Notes: generated by a model not told the origin, from the sequence alone. Counted from the first letter of the stretch, positions 47,610 through 56,444 are shown. The stretch: 64,000 nt of DNA from Clostridiales bacterium (GCA_015055745.1 SVHS01000001.1:10094-74093), one strand, 5' to 3'. Translations and numbers: made by a program.

Positions 47610-48167
47610 ATGCAGCTTAAAGATGTCGCTGAAATTCAATATTCCATACCTGTTGCAACCAAAAAGAAAGAAATAGTGAATGGTAGATGGCTAAATGGAT
47701 CTGGATTGTTAGAAAATAATCAAACAATTACGATTGATACATCGTATGAATATGATTTCAAGTCGGTACTTCAGGTTTCGCAAGATGATTTATTGTTGAA
47801 AAGGATATCTCCAACATTTGTAAATATTTATGAGGATATTCAAAGTGCTTATATAGGCACAAATATTATTCGCATTCGTGTTAAAGAAGAATATGATCCT
47901 TATTTTGTTATGTTGGTTTTGGAAAATCATCTAAAAGAACTTAATGAAAAATCAAATAATGGTACACGCATAAGTGCGATTAATAGGGAATCCTTAGAAA
48001 GTGTTGAAATTCCGAATGTTGAAATTAAACAACAAAAGAGAATAGGAAACTGGATAAAACTAAAATACAAATCAATGCTCCTTCAAGAAGAGCTGCATAA
48101 CAAGATTGCATTAAAAAACAAATTAATAGAAAAACAAATTTTATTAAAAATAAAGGGAGAAAATTAA
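47610..48167 (+). CDS. hsdS: Half-size Type I specificity subunit (one target-recognition domain plus one conserved helical region)
   Basis: 185 aa. LKDVAEIQYS is a TRD-type start. The C-terminal coiled-coil region IKQQKRIGNWIKLKYKSMLLQEELHNKIALKNKLIEKQIL resembles HsdS conserved regions. The gene ends 2 nt before hsdM. Confidence 0.7.
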   Translation: MQLKDVAEIQYSIPVATKKKEIVNGRWLNGSGLLENNQTITIDTSYEYDFKSVLQVSQDDLLLKRISPTFVNIYEDIQSAYIGTNIIRIRVKEEYDPYFVMLVLENHLKELNEKSNNGTRISAINRESLESVEIPNVEIKQQKRIGNWIKLKYKSMLLQEELHNKIALKNKLIEKQILLKIKGEN

Positions 48168-48169
48168 TT

Positions 48170-49768
48170 ATGGAAATTAAGAAAACTACAAAAAGTGATA
48201 TAACTAAGGCTTTATGGGCGGGAGCTGATACATTTAGGGATAATATAGATGCGTCAAACTATAAAGATTACGTTTTGTCAATGCTATTTGTTAAGTATTT
48301 GAGTGATACTTTTAAAGAAAATGTTGACAATTTAAAGAAAGAATATGAAGGTATAAGATTAGAAAGACAAATTCAAAACTTACCTTTTGTATTAAAGGAA
48401 GAAAGCACATTTGACTACTTATATAAAAATAGAAGCAATATCGATATTGGTTCCTTAATTTGTCAAGCACTAACAGAAATTGAAACTTCGAATCCTATTT
48501 TGGCAGGTGTGTTTAGAGGTATAGATTTTAACAGCGAAGCAAATTTGGGTAAGAAAGAACAAAAGAATCCCGTTCTAAGATCTTTGCTAGAAGATTTTGC
48601 AGGTTTAGATTTAAGACCTAGCATGATAGAAACAAAAGAAGGTGAAGTTCCTGCTGATGTTATTGGTGATGCTTATGAATATATGATTGGCGAATTTGCA
48701 ACTATGGCTGGTAAAAAGGCGGGATCATTCTATACTCCACAAGCAGTTTCTGAAATTATGGCTCAAATTGTTGACCCTCAACCTAGAGATAGAGTTTACG
48801 ACCCAACATGTGGATCAGGTTCTTTATTGATTAGGGCAGCTAAAAAGGGTGGTTTAGATAAAGTTTCAATTTACGGACAAGAAAAAAATAATAGTGCAAT
48901 TTCAATGGCTAGAATGAATATGTTTTTGCATGAAATTAAAGATGCTAAAATTGCATGGGGCGATACATTGGCAAATCCTCAACATCTAGATAGTGATGGC
49001 AACTTAATGAAATTTGACTGTATTGTTGCTAATATGCCATTTAGTTTAGATAAGTGGGCAAATGGATTTAATCCTGGCGGTGAAGTGGTCTCAGACGATG
49101 ATGAAAAATCTGCAAAGAAAAAAGTTGAGTTTAAGATGGAACCGGGATTGGATAGATGGCATCGTTTTGATTTGGGTGTTCCTCCTGCAAGTAAAGGTGA
49201 TTGGGCATTCTTACTACATATGATTTACAGCATGAGTGGTGACGGAAGAATTGCGGCAGTTGCACCACATGGGGTTTTGTTTAGAGGTGCAAGTGAGGGA
49301 AAAATTCGTAAAGAAATTATTGATAAGAACCTCATTGATGCTGTTATTGGATTACCTGAAAACTTGTTCTATGGCACAAGCATTCCTGCAAGCATTATTG
49401 TATTTAGAAAGAACAAGACTAATACAGATGTTTTGTTTATTGATGCATCTAAAGATTGCGATAAAGTAAAAGCAAAAAATCAATTAAACGAAGAAACTCA
49501 CGTTAAAACAATTGTAGATACATATCAAGCTTATAAAAATGGTGATTACACTGCGGCAGAAAAAGAAAAATATAGCCATGTTGCAACATTGGAAGAAATT
49601 AAGTCTAATGACTATAACCTAAACATTCCTAGATATGTTGATACTTTTGAAGAAGAACCAGAAATTGATATAAATCAAGTAAATGCTGATATTGCACAAA
49701 TAAAATCTGAACTTGCAGAAGTTGAAAAGCAAATGCAACAATATTTAAAAGAGTTGGGTTTGGAGTAG
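48170..49768 (+). CDS. hsdM: Type I restriction-modification system methyltransferase subunit
   Basis: N-terminal HsdM_N-like region (LWAGADTFRDNIDASNYKDYVLSMLFVKYLSD), motif I DPTCGSGSLL and motif IV NMPFS. Confidence 0.93.
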   Translation: MEIKKTTKSDITKALWAGADTFRDNIDASNYKDYVLSMLFVKYLSDTFKENVDNLKKEYEGIRLERQIQNLPFVLKEESTFDYLYKNRSNIDIGSLICQALTEIETSNPILAGVFRGIDFNSEANLGKKEQKNPVLRSLLEDFAGLDLRPSMIETKEGEVPADVIGDAYEYMIGEFATMAGKKAGSFYTPQAVSEIMAQIVDPQPRDRVYDPTCGSGSLLIRAAKKGGLDKVSIYGQEKNNSAISMARMNMFLHEIKDAKIAWGDTLANPQHLDSDGNLMKFDCIVANMPFSLDKWANGFNPGGEVVSDDDEKSAKKKVEFKMEPGLDRWHRFDLGVPPASKGDWAFLLHMIYSMSGDGRIAAVAPHGVLFRGASEGKIRKEIIDKNLIDAVIGLPENLFYGTSIPASIIVFRKNKTNTDVLFIDASKDCDKVKAKNQLNEETHVKTIVDTYQAYKNGDYTAAEKEKYSHVATLEEIKSNDYNLNIPRYVDTFEEEPEIDINQVNADIAQIKSELAEVEKQMQQYLKELGLE

Positions 49769-49771
49769 ATT

Positions 49772-50452
49772 ATGATAGAATTTGATTATAAAGCAAAAAC
49801 TTACACATGTCCTTATTGTGGAAATAAACAAGCATTTGAATATAATTGTAAAGTTCAATCATGTGGATATAATAGGTCGTGGAGTGTAAGAGGAGATTGG
49901 GTTAAATCTGATGTGAAAGTTTATCACATAGAATGTTCAAATGAAAAATGTAAACAGATGTCTGTAATAGGATTTATTGAATCTGGAAACAGTCAGTTTG
50001 ATATAATCCCAAGTTTTACTTGTAAGACATTTCCTAATTATGTACCTAAACAAATAAGAGATGATTATCAAGAAGCATGCTCAATAATAGAATTGTCTCC
50101 TAAGGCTGCTGCAACGTTGCTAAGAAGATGCCTACAAGGAATGCTTCATGATTTTTGGGATATACATGGAAAAAATTTAAATGCAGAAATAACACAATTA
50201 AAAGATAGGGTATCAACAAGCCAATGGAAGGCAATAGATGGCGTTAGAAGTATTGGAAATATTGGAGCTCACATGGAACAAGACATTAATTTGATTATTG
50301 ATATAGATTTGGGAGAAGCAAAAAAATTACAATCTTTAATCGAACTTTTGGTTGATAAGTGGTATATAAGCAGGCATGATGAAGAGGCCTTGTTTGATGA
50401 TATATCAAATATTTCCGAAGAAAAGGAAAAAGAAAGAAAAGGCGAAAATTAA
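49772..50452 (+). CDS. DUF4145-like protein with an N-terminal Cys-rich (zinc-ribbon-like) region
   Basis: CPYCGNK...CKVQSCG...ECSNEKCKQ, followed by the DUF4145-type core (IRDDYQEACSIIELSPKAAATLLRRCLQGML...IDGVRSIGNIGAHME). Confidence 0.7.
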   Translation: MIEFDYKAKTYTCPYCGNKQAFEYNCKVQSCGYNRSWSVRGDWVKSDVKVYHIECSNEKCKQMSVIGFIESGNSQFDIIPSFTCKTFPNYVPKQIRDDYQEACSIIELSPKAAATLLRRCLQGMLHDFWDIHGKNLNAEITQLKDRVSTSQWKAIDGVRSIGNIGAHMEQDINLIIDIDLGEAKKLQSLIELLVDKWYISRHDEEALFDDISNISEEKEKERKGEN

Positions 50453-50456
50453 ATTT

Positions 50457-51599
50457 ATGGAGAAAATTATGAGAGAGATTCCAGCCGGGTGGCACACTGT
50501 AACATTAAAAGAAGTTTATGATTTCAAAAATGGTTTAAACAAAGAGAAAGAGGCGTTTGGAAAAGGTACACCAATAGTAAATTACATGGATGTGTATAAA
50601 AACTACGAGTTAACTGTTTCAAAGTTAAAAGGCTTAGTTTCTTTAAGCACTAATGAAATACATAACTTTAATGTGAAAAGAGGAGATGTTTTCTTTACTA
50701 GAACTTCTGAAACGATTGAAGAAATAGGTTTTTCTGCAGTGATGAATGACGAGTGTGAAAATGTTGTGTTTAGCGGATTTGTTTTAAGGGCTAGGCCTAA
50801 AAATAATATTATAACTAGCAACTATGCTAAATATTGCTTTTTATCTTGGCCAGTGAGAGAAGAAATAAAAAGAAAAAGTTCATATACAACTAGAGCTTTA
50901 ACAAGTGGAAAGATGTTGGGTGATGTGGAAGTTGTTTTACCTAAAACAGCAGAAGAACAAGATAGAATTGTTTCCATATTAGATTGCTGGGCGAAGGCTA
51001 TTGCATTGCAAGAGAACAAAATTAAGAAGTTGGAAGAAAAGAAAAAAGCTCTTATGCAAAAACTTTTAAAACCTAAAGAAGATTGGAAATCATTTAAACT
51101 TGGCGATGCATGTGAAATAAAAACTGGTAAACTTGATGCAAATCAGATGGAAAATAATGGTAAATATCCGTTTTTTACATGTTCAAAAGAAATATATGCT
51201 ATTAATAATTATGCTTTTGATTGTGAAGCTCTCTTAATGGCGGGGAATGGAGAAATTGGGGATATTAAATATTATAACGGCAAATTTAATGCTTATCAAA
51301 GAACCTATGTGTTGTCAAATTTTAAATTTAATATAAAATATGTAATGTTTTACTTATTGCATAATTTTGATAAATCTGTGTGTAAGGGTGTTCAAAAAAG
51401 CTCTATGCCGTATATAAAATTGGAATTATTGAGCAATGCTATAATTTATTATCCACAGAACTACGATAAGATAGTAAAATTATTTGATACGATAGAGTCA
51501 AAATTGCAGAAACAAAAAGATTTATTAAACAATTATAAATTACAACAAAAAGCTTTAATGCAAAAATTATTAACAGGAAAGGTAAGAGTTAATGGATAA
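50457..51599 (+). CDS. hsdS: Type I specificity subunit, full length (two target-recognition domains)
   Basis: The start was moved to the ATG at 50457 (the tracked ORF start at 50376 overlaps the upstream gene). TRD1 is WHTVTLKEVYDFKNG... with central conserved region EEQDRIVSILDCWAKAIALQENKIKKLEEKKKALMQKLL. TRD2 is FKLGDACEIKTGKLD... with distal region LQKQKDLLNNYKLQQKALMQKLLTGKVRV. Confidence 0.9.
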   Translation: MEKIMREIPAGWHTVTLKEVYDFKNGLNKEKEAFGKGTPIVNYMDVYKNYELTVSKLKGLVSLSTNEIHNFNVKRGDVFFTRTSETIEEIGFSAVMNDECENVVFSGFVLRARPKNNIITSNYAKYCFLSWPVREEIKRKSSYTTRALTSGKMLGDVEVVLPKTAEEQDRIVSILDCWAKAIALQENKIKKLEEKKKALMQKLLKPKEDWKSFKLGDACEIKTGKLDANQMENNGKYPFFTCSKEIYAINNYAFDCEALLMAGNGEIGDIKYYNGKFNAYQRTYVLSNFKFNIKYVMFYLLHNFDKSVCKGVQKSSMPYIKLELLSNAIIYYPQNYDKIVKLFDTIESKLQKQKDLLNNYKLQQKALMQKLLTGKVRVNG

Positions 51600-52407
51600 T
51601 TTGGGTGTTATTTCAATTGCTGTTGCTGCGGTTTCTTGTTTAATTTCTTTATTTAGTTATTTTAATAATAGAAATAAAGAGTATATTGAAAAGCTTGATG
51701 CATGGAGAAATAATTTTAGCAATAAGATCAATAATTTCTTAGAATTTTGTGGAGAAAATAATGCTTTTGCGTTTAAATTTGATTATTCTAATAGCTTAAT
51801 GTTTAATTTCAATTCAAAAAAGGATTCAGAGCAGTATAATGCTTATGTAAAATCAATTGTTGTACAAAGAGATAAACTTAATACCTTGTATCAAGAAGCA
51901 AATGCTGTTATACATATATCTTTCGATGAAAAAGATGAAAATCAACTTTTAATTGAGAAAATGATTAATGAATTGTTTTTATGTATGGACAACCACTTGT
52001 CATACATCTTAGATTTGAACGATACTAGAGAAAAGTTCTTTTGTAATATGCTAAGAGAAAAAGATGTTATGGATTTATTGAATGAAATGTTCGATAATAT
52101 AAAGAATTTAACATTATTGCATCGTTCAATATCAAGGCTGAAGAATGAAACAGTAAACAGTATAGATTTAAACTTAATAAACAATAGAAATATTTTAAAT
52201 TTTTCAACTAAAAAACTATTAAAGTTAATGGTTAATAATCTTAATAGTTTTGATGAGTTTAAGTTTTATAATAGTAAAAACAATGATGGGTTGAAAAAAG
52301 AATTTTGTGAATGGTTAGTTAGATTTGAAAAAGAGATAGATACAAACAAAGAAGAAATTTTAAGTATATTAAAATGTGCTAAACGAAATTTTCAAAGAGG
52401 TATATAA
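51592..52407 (+). CDS. Uncharacterised membrane-anchored 271-aa protein embedded between hsdS and hsdR
   Basis: The start overlaps the hsdS stop by 8 nt, and the stop overlaps the hsdR ATG (ATAATGA). N-terminal TM helix LGVISIAVAAVSCLISLFSYF. The remainder is Asn/Lys-rich and helical, with no family recognised. Confidence 0.6.
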   Translation: MDNLGVISIAVAAVSCLISLFSYFNNRNKEYIEKLDAWRNNFSNKINNFLEFCGENNAFAFKFDYSNSLMFNFNSKKDSEQYNAYVKSIVVQRDKLNTLYQEANAVIHISFDEKDENQLLIEKMINELFLCMDNHLSYILDLNDTREKFFCNMLREKDVMDLLNEMFDNIKNLTLLHRSISRLKNETVNSIDLNLINNRNILNFSTKKLLKLMVNNLNSFDEFKFYNSKNNDGLKKEFCEWLVRFEKEIDTNKEEILSILKCAKRNFQRGI

Positions 52408-55400
52408 TGAAACATACGATATTTAATGAAAGACCTGAATGTCAAGACAGGTTAATAAAAGTTTTAGTTGGATTGGGGTATAAATATATATCTAGATCTG
52501 AAGCCGAAGAAAAAAGAGGAAACTTAAAAAATGTTTTATTTGTCGATGAACTGACAAAGTTTTTAAGCATGCAAACTTATAAGTATAAAAACACTAAATA
52601 TCGTTTTTCTGGCGAGTCTATTGTTAATGCTACAAGAGCAATTGATGCATCTCTTTTGCAAGGTTTGTCAATGGCTACTAAAGAAATATATAATCTGTTG
52701 ACTTTAGGTATTAGCGTTGAGGAAACTGTTGGCGTGGATAAAGATATGCCTATTAAGCAATCGTTTGATTTGCACTTTATAGATTTTGATCATCCGGAAA
52801 ACAATATTTGGCAAGTTACAGAAGAGTTTTCTGTTGAAAGAAATAATGGACAGTTTGCAAGACCTGATATTGTTATTATGGTTAATGGTATTCCATTAGC
52901 AGTTATTGAATGTAAGAAATCAAGTGTTGATGTAAAAGAAGGAATTAATCAAAATGTAAGAAACATGTTGCCTGACTATATACCGAATTTGTTTAAGTTT
53001 AGTCAGTTGGTTTTTGCTGTCAATCCAAATAAAGTGAAATATGGAACTTGTGGTACAGGTGCAGATTATTTTGTTGAATGGAGAGAAGATAAAGACTTAT
53101 TAAATTGGCAAAAAGATGTGTGTGAAAGAATTGTTCCTGATAAGCAAATTTTAGAGCAAGATAAAATTGCTGTATCAATGTTATCACAAAAAAGATTTTT
53201 AGATTTAATAAACAACTATATTTTATTTGATGGAAATATTAAAAAGGTTGCAAGACATCAACAATTTTTTGCTGTTAATAAGGCAATGGATAGATTGAAT
53301 GGTGTTGATAATGTTGATGCTGAAGGCGGTGTTATTTGGCATACCCAAGGAAGCGGCAAATCTCTTACAATGGTTATGCTTGTAAAAAAGATTTTAAAAG
53401 GAAAAGCTTCAGATAATCCCAGATTTGTTATTGTTACAGATAGAATAGATTTAGATAAACAAATTAAAGATAATTTTGCCAAAACGGCAATGAATCCGGT
53501 TAGAGCTGGAACTGGTAAAGGACTCAAAGCTTTGCTTAAAGATAAAAGTAATATTATTATAACCACACTGATTAATAAATTTGAAACTGTTATAAAGAAT
53601 AGATATATTGAACAAAGTTCTGATAATGTATATGTCTTAATTGATGAAGCACATCGTAGTAATTATAGTGCTATGTACAATTACATGAAAGAAGTTTTAC
53701 CTCACTCTAAAATGATTGCATTTACAGGAACTCCATTAATTGCAAATCAAGACAAAAATACTATTAAGAAGTTTGGTGATTTAATTCACAGTTATACAAT
53801 GAAGAGAGCAATAGAAGATGGGATTACTGTCCCGTTGGTTTATGAAGGAAGAAAGGTTGTACAAAATGACCCAACAAAAACTATTGATAATTATTTTGAA
53901 AGCCTAACAACTGGTTTATTGGAAGAACAAAAGAAGGAATTAAAAGAAAAATTTAGCAAGTTTAAAAGGTTGGCAGAGGCTACAAGTAGAATTAACTTAT
54001 TGGCTTTCGATATTTGTGATCATTTTAGATCTTATTGTTTACCAAAAGGATTAAAAGCAATGGTTGTTTGTTCGTCAAGAGCTGCAGCTGTTGAAATGTT
54101 TGAAATCATTAAACAAAATAGTCGTGGAGATATACAACCAGCAGTTTGTATTTCTTTTGGTGCAAATGATGAAGATGAGGAAAATATTACAAATAGTGAT
54201 TTAAAGAAAATAAACAATTATCATAAAACATATGTTGAAAAGTTATTTGGAAATAACGATGAAAGGTATGATGAATCAATAACAGATAGATTTAAGAATC
54301 CGGAAGGTGATGTCAATATGTTGATAGTAAAAGACAAGCTTTTGACAGGTTTTGATGCGCCAGTTGCAGGAGTTCTTTATGTAGATAAGCCAATTCAACA
54401 ACATTCATTGTTACAAGCTATTGCTAGGGTTAACCGTGTATATAAAGGTAAAGATTTTGGTTTAATAGTTGACTATTGGGGAATATTCACAAAGTTAAAT
54501 AAAGCTATCGATATGTATGACGATGCTGAGTCTGGTTTTAATCAATTTGATAAAAGTGATATTGAAGATACCATATTTGGTGCTGTTGATGAAAAGAATA
54601 ATCTAGAAAAAAGTTATTCTACTTTAAAAGAATTCTTTACATTATCAGAGAACGCTACAAGTAATGAATGGCAAGAATACTTAAAAGAAGAGGCTGTAAG
54701 AAAAGAATTTTATGAAAAACTTAAAGATTTTGAAAAAAGATTGTTTTTGGCTTTATCTAATAGAAGTATTTTTGTTGAGGTTGGTATTGATAAAATAGAA
54801 TTTTACAAAAACAAATGGTTGTTCTTTAAAAAATTGAGAGAAGCGGTTTCAATGCGTTATGATGAGGTTTCAGATTTTGCGAAATATGAAGAAGGAATGA
54901 AGAATCTAATAAATACATTTGTCAATGCTACCGATGTTGTGACGGTGGTTAAACCAGTGTCAATTGGTGATGAAAAAGGTATGGAAGATGCTATTAAACA
55001 AATGGATTCTAAAGCAGCAAAAGCAGACTTTATTAAAACTAGAATTGAAGCCAGGTTAAAACAGGCTAGATATGAAGATCCATTATTGTTTGAAGAATTT
55101 TCGGATAAAATTAAAAAAACATTAGCGGAATATGAAATATCAAGAAATGCAGATGTGTATTTAACTGAAATGGAAGAGATGGCAAACGATATTAGGAATG
55201 GTATTACAACAAAAGAATATCCTTCTTCTATTAAATCAGATACTGATGCTAAAGTTTTCTATGGTTCAATAGTCAATAGGATAACTAAGACTGTTGGGAA
55301 GATAAGTTTGAATCAGGAAGAAATGGTTGCTGATTTTGCTATCAAAATTAAAGAGGCAATAATAGATAATACAAAAAGAGATTGGAAATATAATGAATCG

Positions 55401-55547
55401 GTTCATAAGCAAATACACAGAGTATTAGATGATATAATTTTTGATTTGTTTGATGAATTGTTGATTGATACAAATAAAGAAGAAAATATTGATATTATTG
55501 ACTTAATAGAAGATGATATTATGAAGGCTGCAGTTGTGAGGTATTAA
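52407..55547 (+). CDS. hsdR: Type I restriction enzyme, R subunit
   Basis: N-terminal PD-(D/E)xK (RPDIVIMVNGIPLAVIECKK), helicase motif I TQGSGKSLTM, motif II IDEAHRS, later QAIARVNR. Confidence 0.95.
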   Translation: MKHTIFNERPECQDRLIKVLVGLGYKYISRSEAEEKRGNLKNVLFVDELTKFLSMQTYKYKNTKYRFSGESIVNATRAIDASLLQGLSMATKEIYNLLTLGISVEETVGVDKDMPIKQSFDLHFIDFDHPENNIWQVTEEFSVERNNGQFARPDIVIMVNGIPLAVIECKKSSVDVKEGINQNVRNMLPDYIPNLFKFSQLVFAVNPNKVKYGTCGTGADYFVEWREDKDLLNWQKDVCERIVPDKQILEQDKIAVSMLSQKRFLDLINNYILFDGNIKKVARHQQFFAVNKAMDRLNGVDNVDAEGGVIWHTQGSGKSLTMVMLVKKILKGKASDNPRFVIVTDRIDLDKQIKDNFAKTAMNPVRAGTGKGLKALLKDKSNIIITTLINKFETVIKNRYIEQSSDNVYVLIDEAHRSNYSAMYNYMKEVLPHSKMIAFTGTPLIANQDKNTIKKFGDLIHSYTMKRAIEDGITVPLVYEGRKVVQNDPTKTIDNYFESLTTGLLEEQKKELKEKFSKFKRLAEATSRINLLAFDICDHFRSYCLPKGLKAMVVCSSRAAAVEMFEIIKQNSRGDIQPAVCISFGANDEDEENITNSDLKKINNYHKTYVEKLFGNNDERYDESITDRFKNPEGDVNMLIVKDKLLTGFDAPVAGVLYVDKPIQQHSLLQAIARVNRVYKGKDFGLIVDYWGIFTKLNKAIDMYDDAESGFNQFDKSDIEDTIFGAVDEKNNLEKSYSTLKEFFTLSENATSNEWQEYLKEEAVRKEFYEKLKDFEKRLFLALSNRSIFVEVGIDKIEFYKNKWLFFKKLREAVSMRYDEVSDFAKYEEGMKNLINTFVNATDVVTVVKPVSIGDEKGMEDAIKQMDSKAAKADFIKTRIEARLKQARYEDPLLFEEFSDKIKKTLAEYEISRNADVYLTEMEEMANDIRNGITTKEYPSSIKSDTDAKVFYGSIVNRITKTVGKISLNQEEMVADFAIKIKEAIIDNTKRDWKYNESVHKQIHRVLDDIIFDLFDELLIDTNKEENIDIIDLIEDDIMKAAVVRY

Positions 55548-56272
55548 TGATAAAAAGTAAATTAGAGCTTGGTAAAATAAACGGGGATATTTATGTTCTA
55601 ATTGAAAAAAAAGATATAAAAAATGTTCACTTGAAAGTATTTAGGGATTTGTCAGTAAAATTATCGGTGCCTAATAAAGTTCCGGATGATTGGATAATAT
55701 CTTTTTTAGAGAAGAAAAAGGAATGGATAAATAAACAGATATTTAAGTATAAACAGTCTTCAGGATCTAACAATATGGTATACTTAAAAAATGGTTGTTC
55801 GATTCAAATGTTGGGTAAAGATTTCCGAATATATATAAAATCAGGTAAAAAGAAAATTGTAAAAGAAGAGAAAAAACTTATTATATATCTTGAGGATGTT
55901 TCTGATTTGGAAACAGCTACAAAAATTTTTGATGATTGGTGGAAGAAAGAATCTAAGATATTATATGAAGTCAAAGTGAAAGAGTTTTATAATTCTATAT
56001 TTAAAAAATATAAAATAAATATTCCAACAATTCAAATTAGAAAAATGAAGACAATGTGGGGTAATTGTTGTCCGCAAAAGTCGTTAATCACTTTAAATAA
56101 TTATTTGTTCAAAGCTAATACTTTAGGTATAGAATATGTGATTATGCACGAAATGGCACATCTTTTATATCCAAAGCATAATGAAAATTTTTATTCATTC
56201 ATGACTATTCATATGCCTGATTGGAAAGAAAGAAAGCAAATTTTGGATTTGGATGTCGTTCAGGGAGTTTAA
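55547..56272 (+). CDS. DUF45/YgjP-like (M48-related, SprT-like) zinc metallopeptidase
   Basis: WGNCCPQKSLITLN plus HExxH (VIMHEMAHLLYPKH). The ATG overlaps the hsdR stop (TAATGA). Confidence 0.8.
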   Translation: MIKSKLELGKINGDIYVLIEKKDIKNVHLKVFRDLSVKLSVPNKVPDDWIISFLEKKKEWINKQIFKYKQSSGSNNMVYLKNGCSIQMLGKDFRIYIKSGKKKIVKEEKKLIIYLEDVSDLETATKIFDDWWKKESKILYEVKVKEFYNSIFKKYKINIPTIQIRKMKTMWGNCCPQKSLITLNNYLFKANTLGIEYVIMHEMAHLLYPKHNENFYSFMTIHMPDWKERKQILDLDVVQGV

Positions 56273-56279
56273 AAAAATA

Positions 56280-56302
56280 CGAACCTTTTTGGTTCGTTTT
56301 TT
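56280..56302. terminator. Hairpin terminator between the Type I operon and the tRNA 3' end
   Basis: CGAACC-TTTTT-GGTTCG flanked by A and T runs. Confidence 0.75.
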
Positions 56303-56378
56303 TGGAGCTAATGACGGGAATCGAACCCGTGACCTCCACCTTACCGGAGTGGTGCTCTACCTACTGAGCTACATTAGC
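56303..56378 (-). tRNA. tRNA-Thr(GGU)-like, 76 nt with encoded CCA; the anticodon loop reads CCGGTAA
   Basis: The minus strand reads GCTAATG-TA-GCTC-AGTAGGTA-GAGC-A-CCACT-CCGGTAA-GGTGG-AGGTC-ACGGG-TTCGATT-CCCGT-CATTAGC-T-CCA. It folds by eye into a clean cloverleaf, but positions 32 and 33 are both C. Confidence 0.75.
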
Positions 56379-56444
56379 ATATACGTGATTTTAGGCTGTT
56401 TTTGAGTTTTTGGGGTAAATTTTTTACTTTGATTTTACATTTTT

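Noticed and set aside
50376-50456. N-terminal extensions in the ORF track: 50376 for hsdS, 3442 for dtd, 16296 for the Crp gene, 24616 for the acyltransferase, 30317 for the sugar transferase and 31160 for aspS.
   Set aside because: The extensions overlap upstream genes or terminators. They use non-ATG or poorly placed starts, and they add residues absent from the family N-termini. Internal ATGs with good Shine-Dalgarno sequences were preferred.
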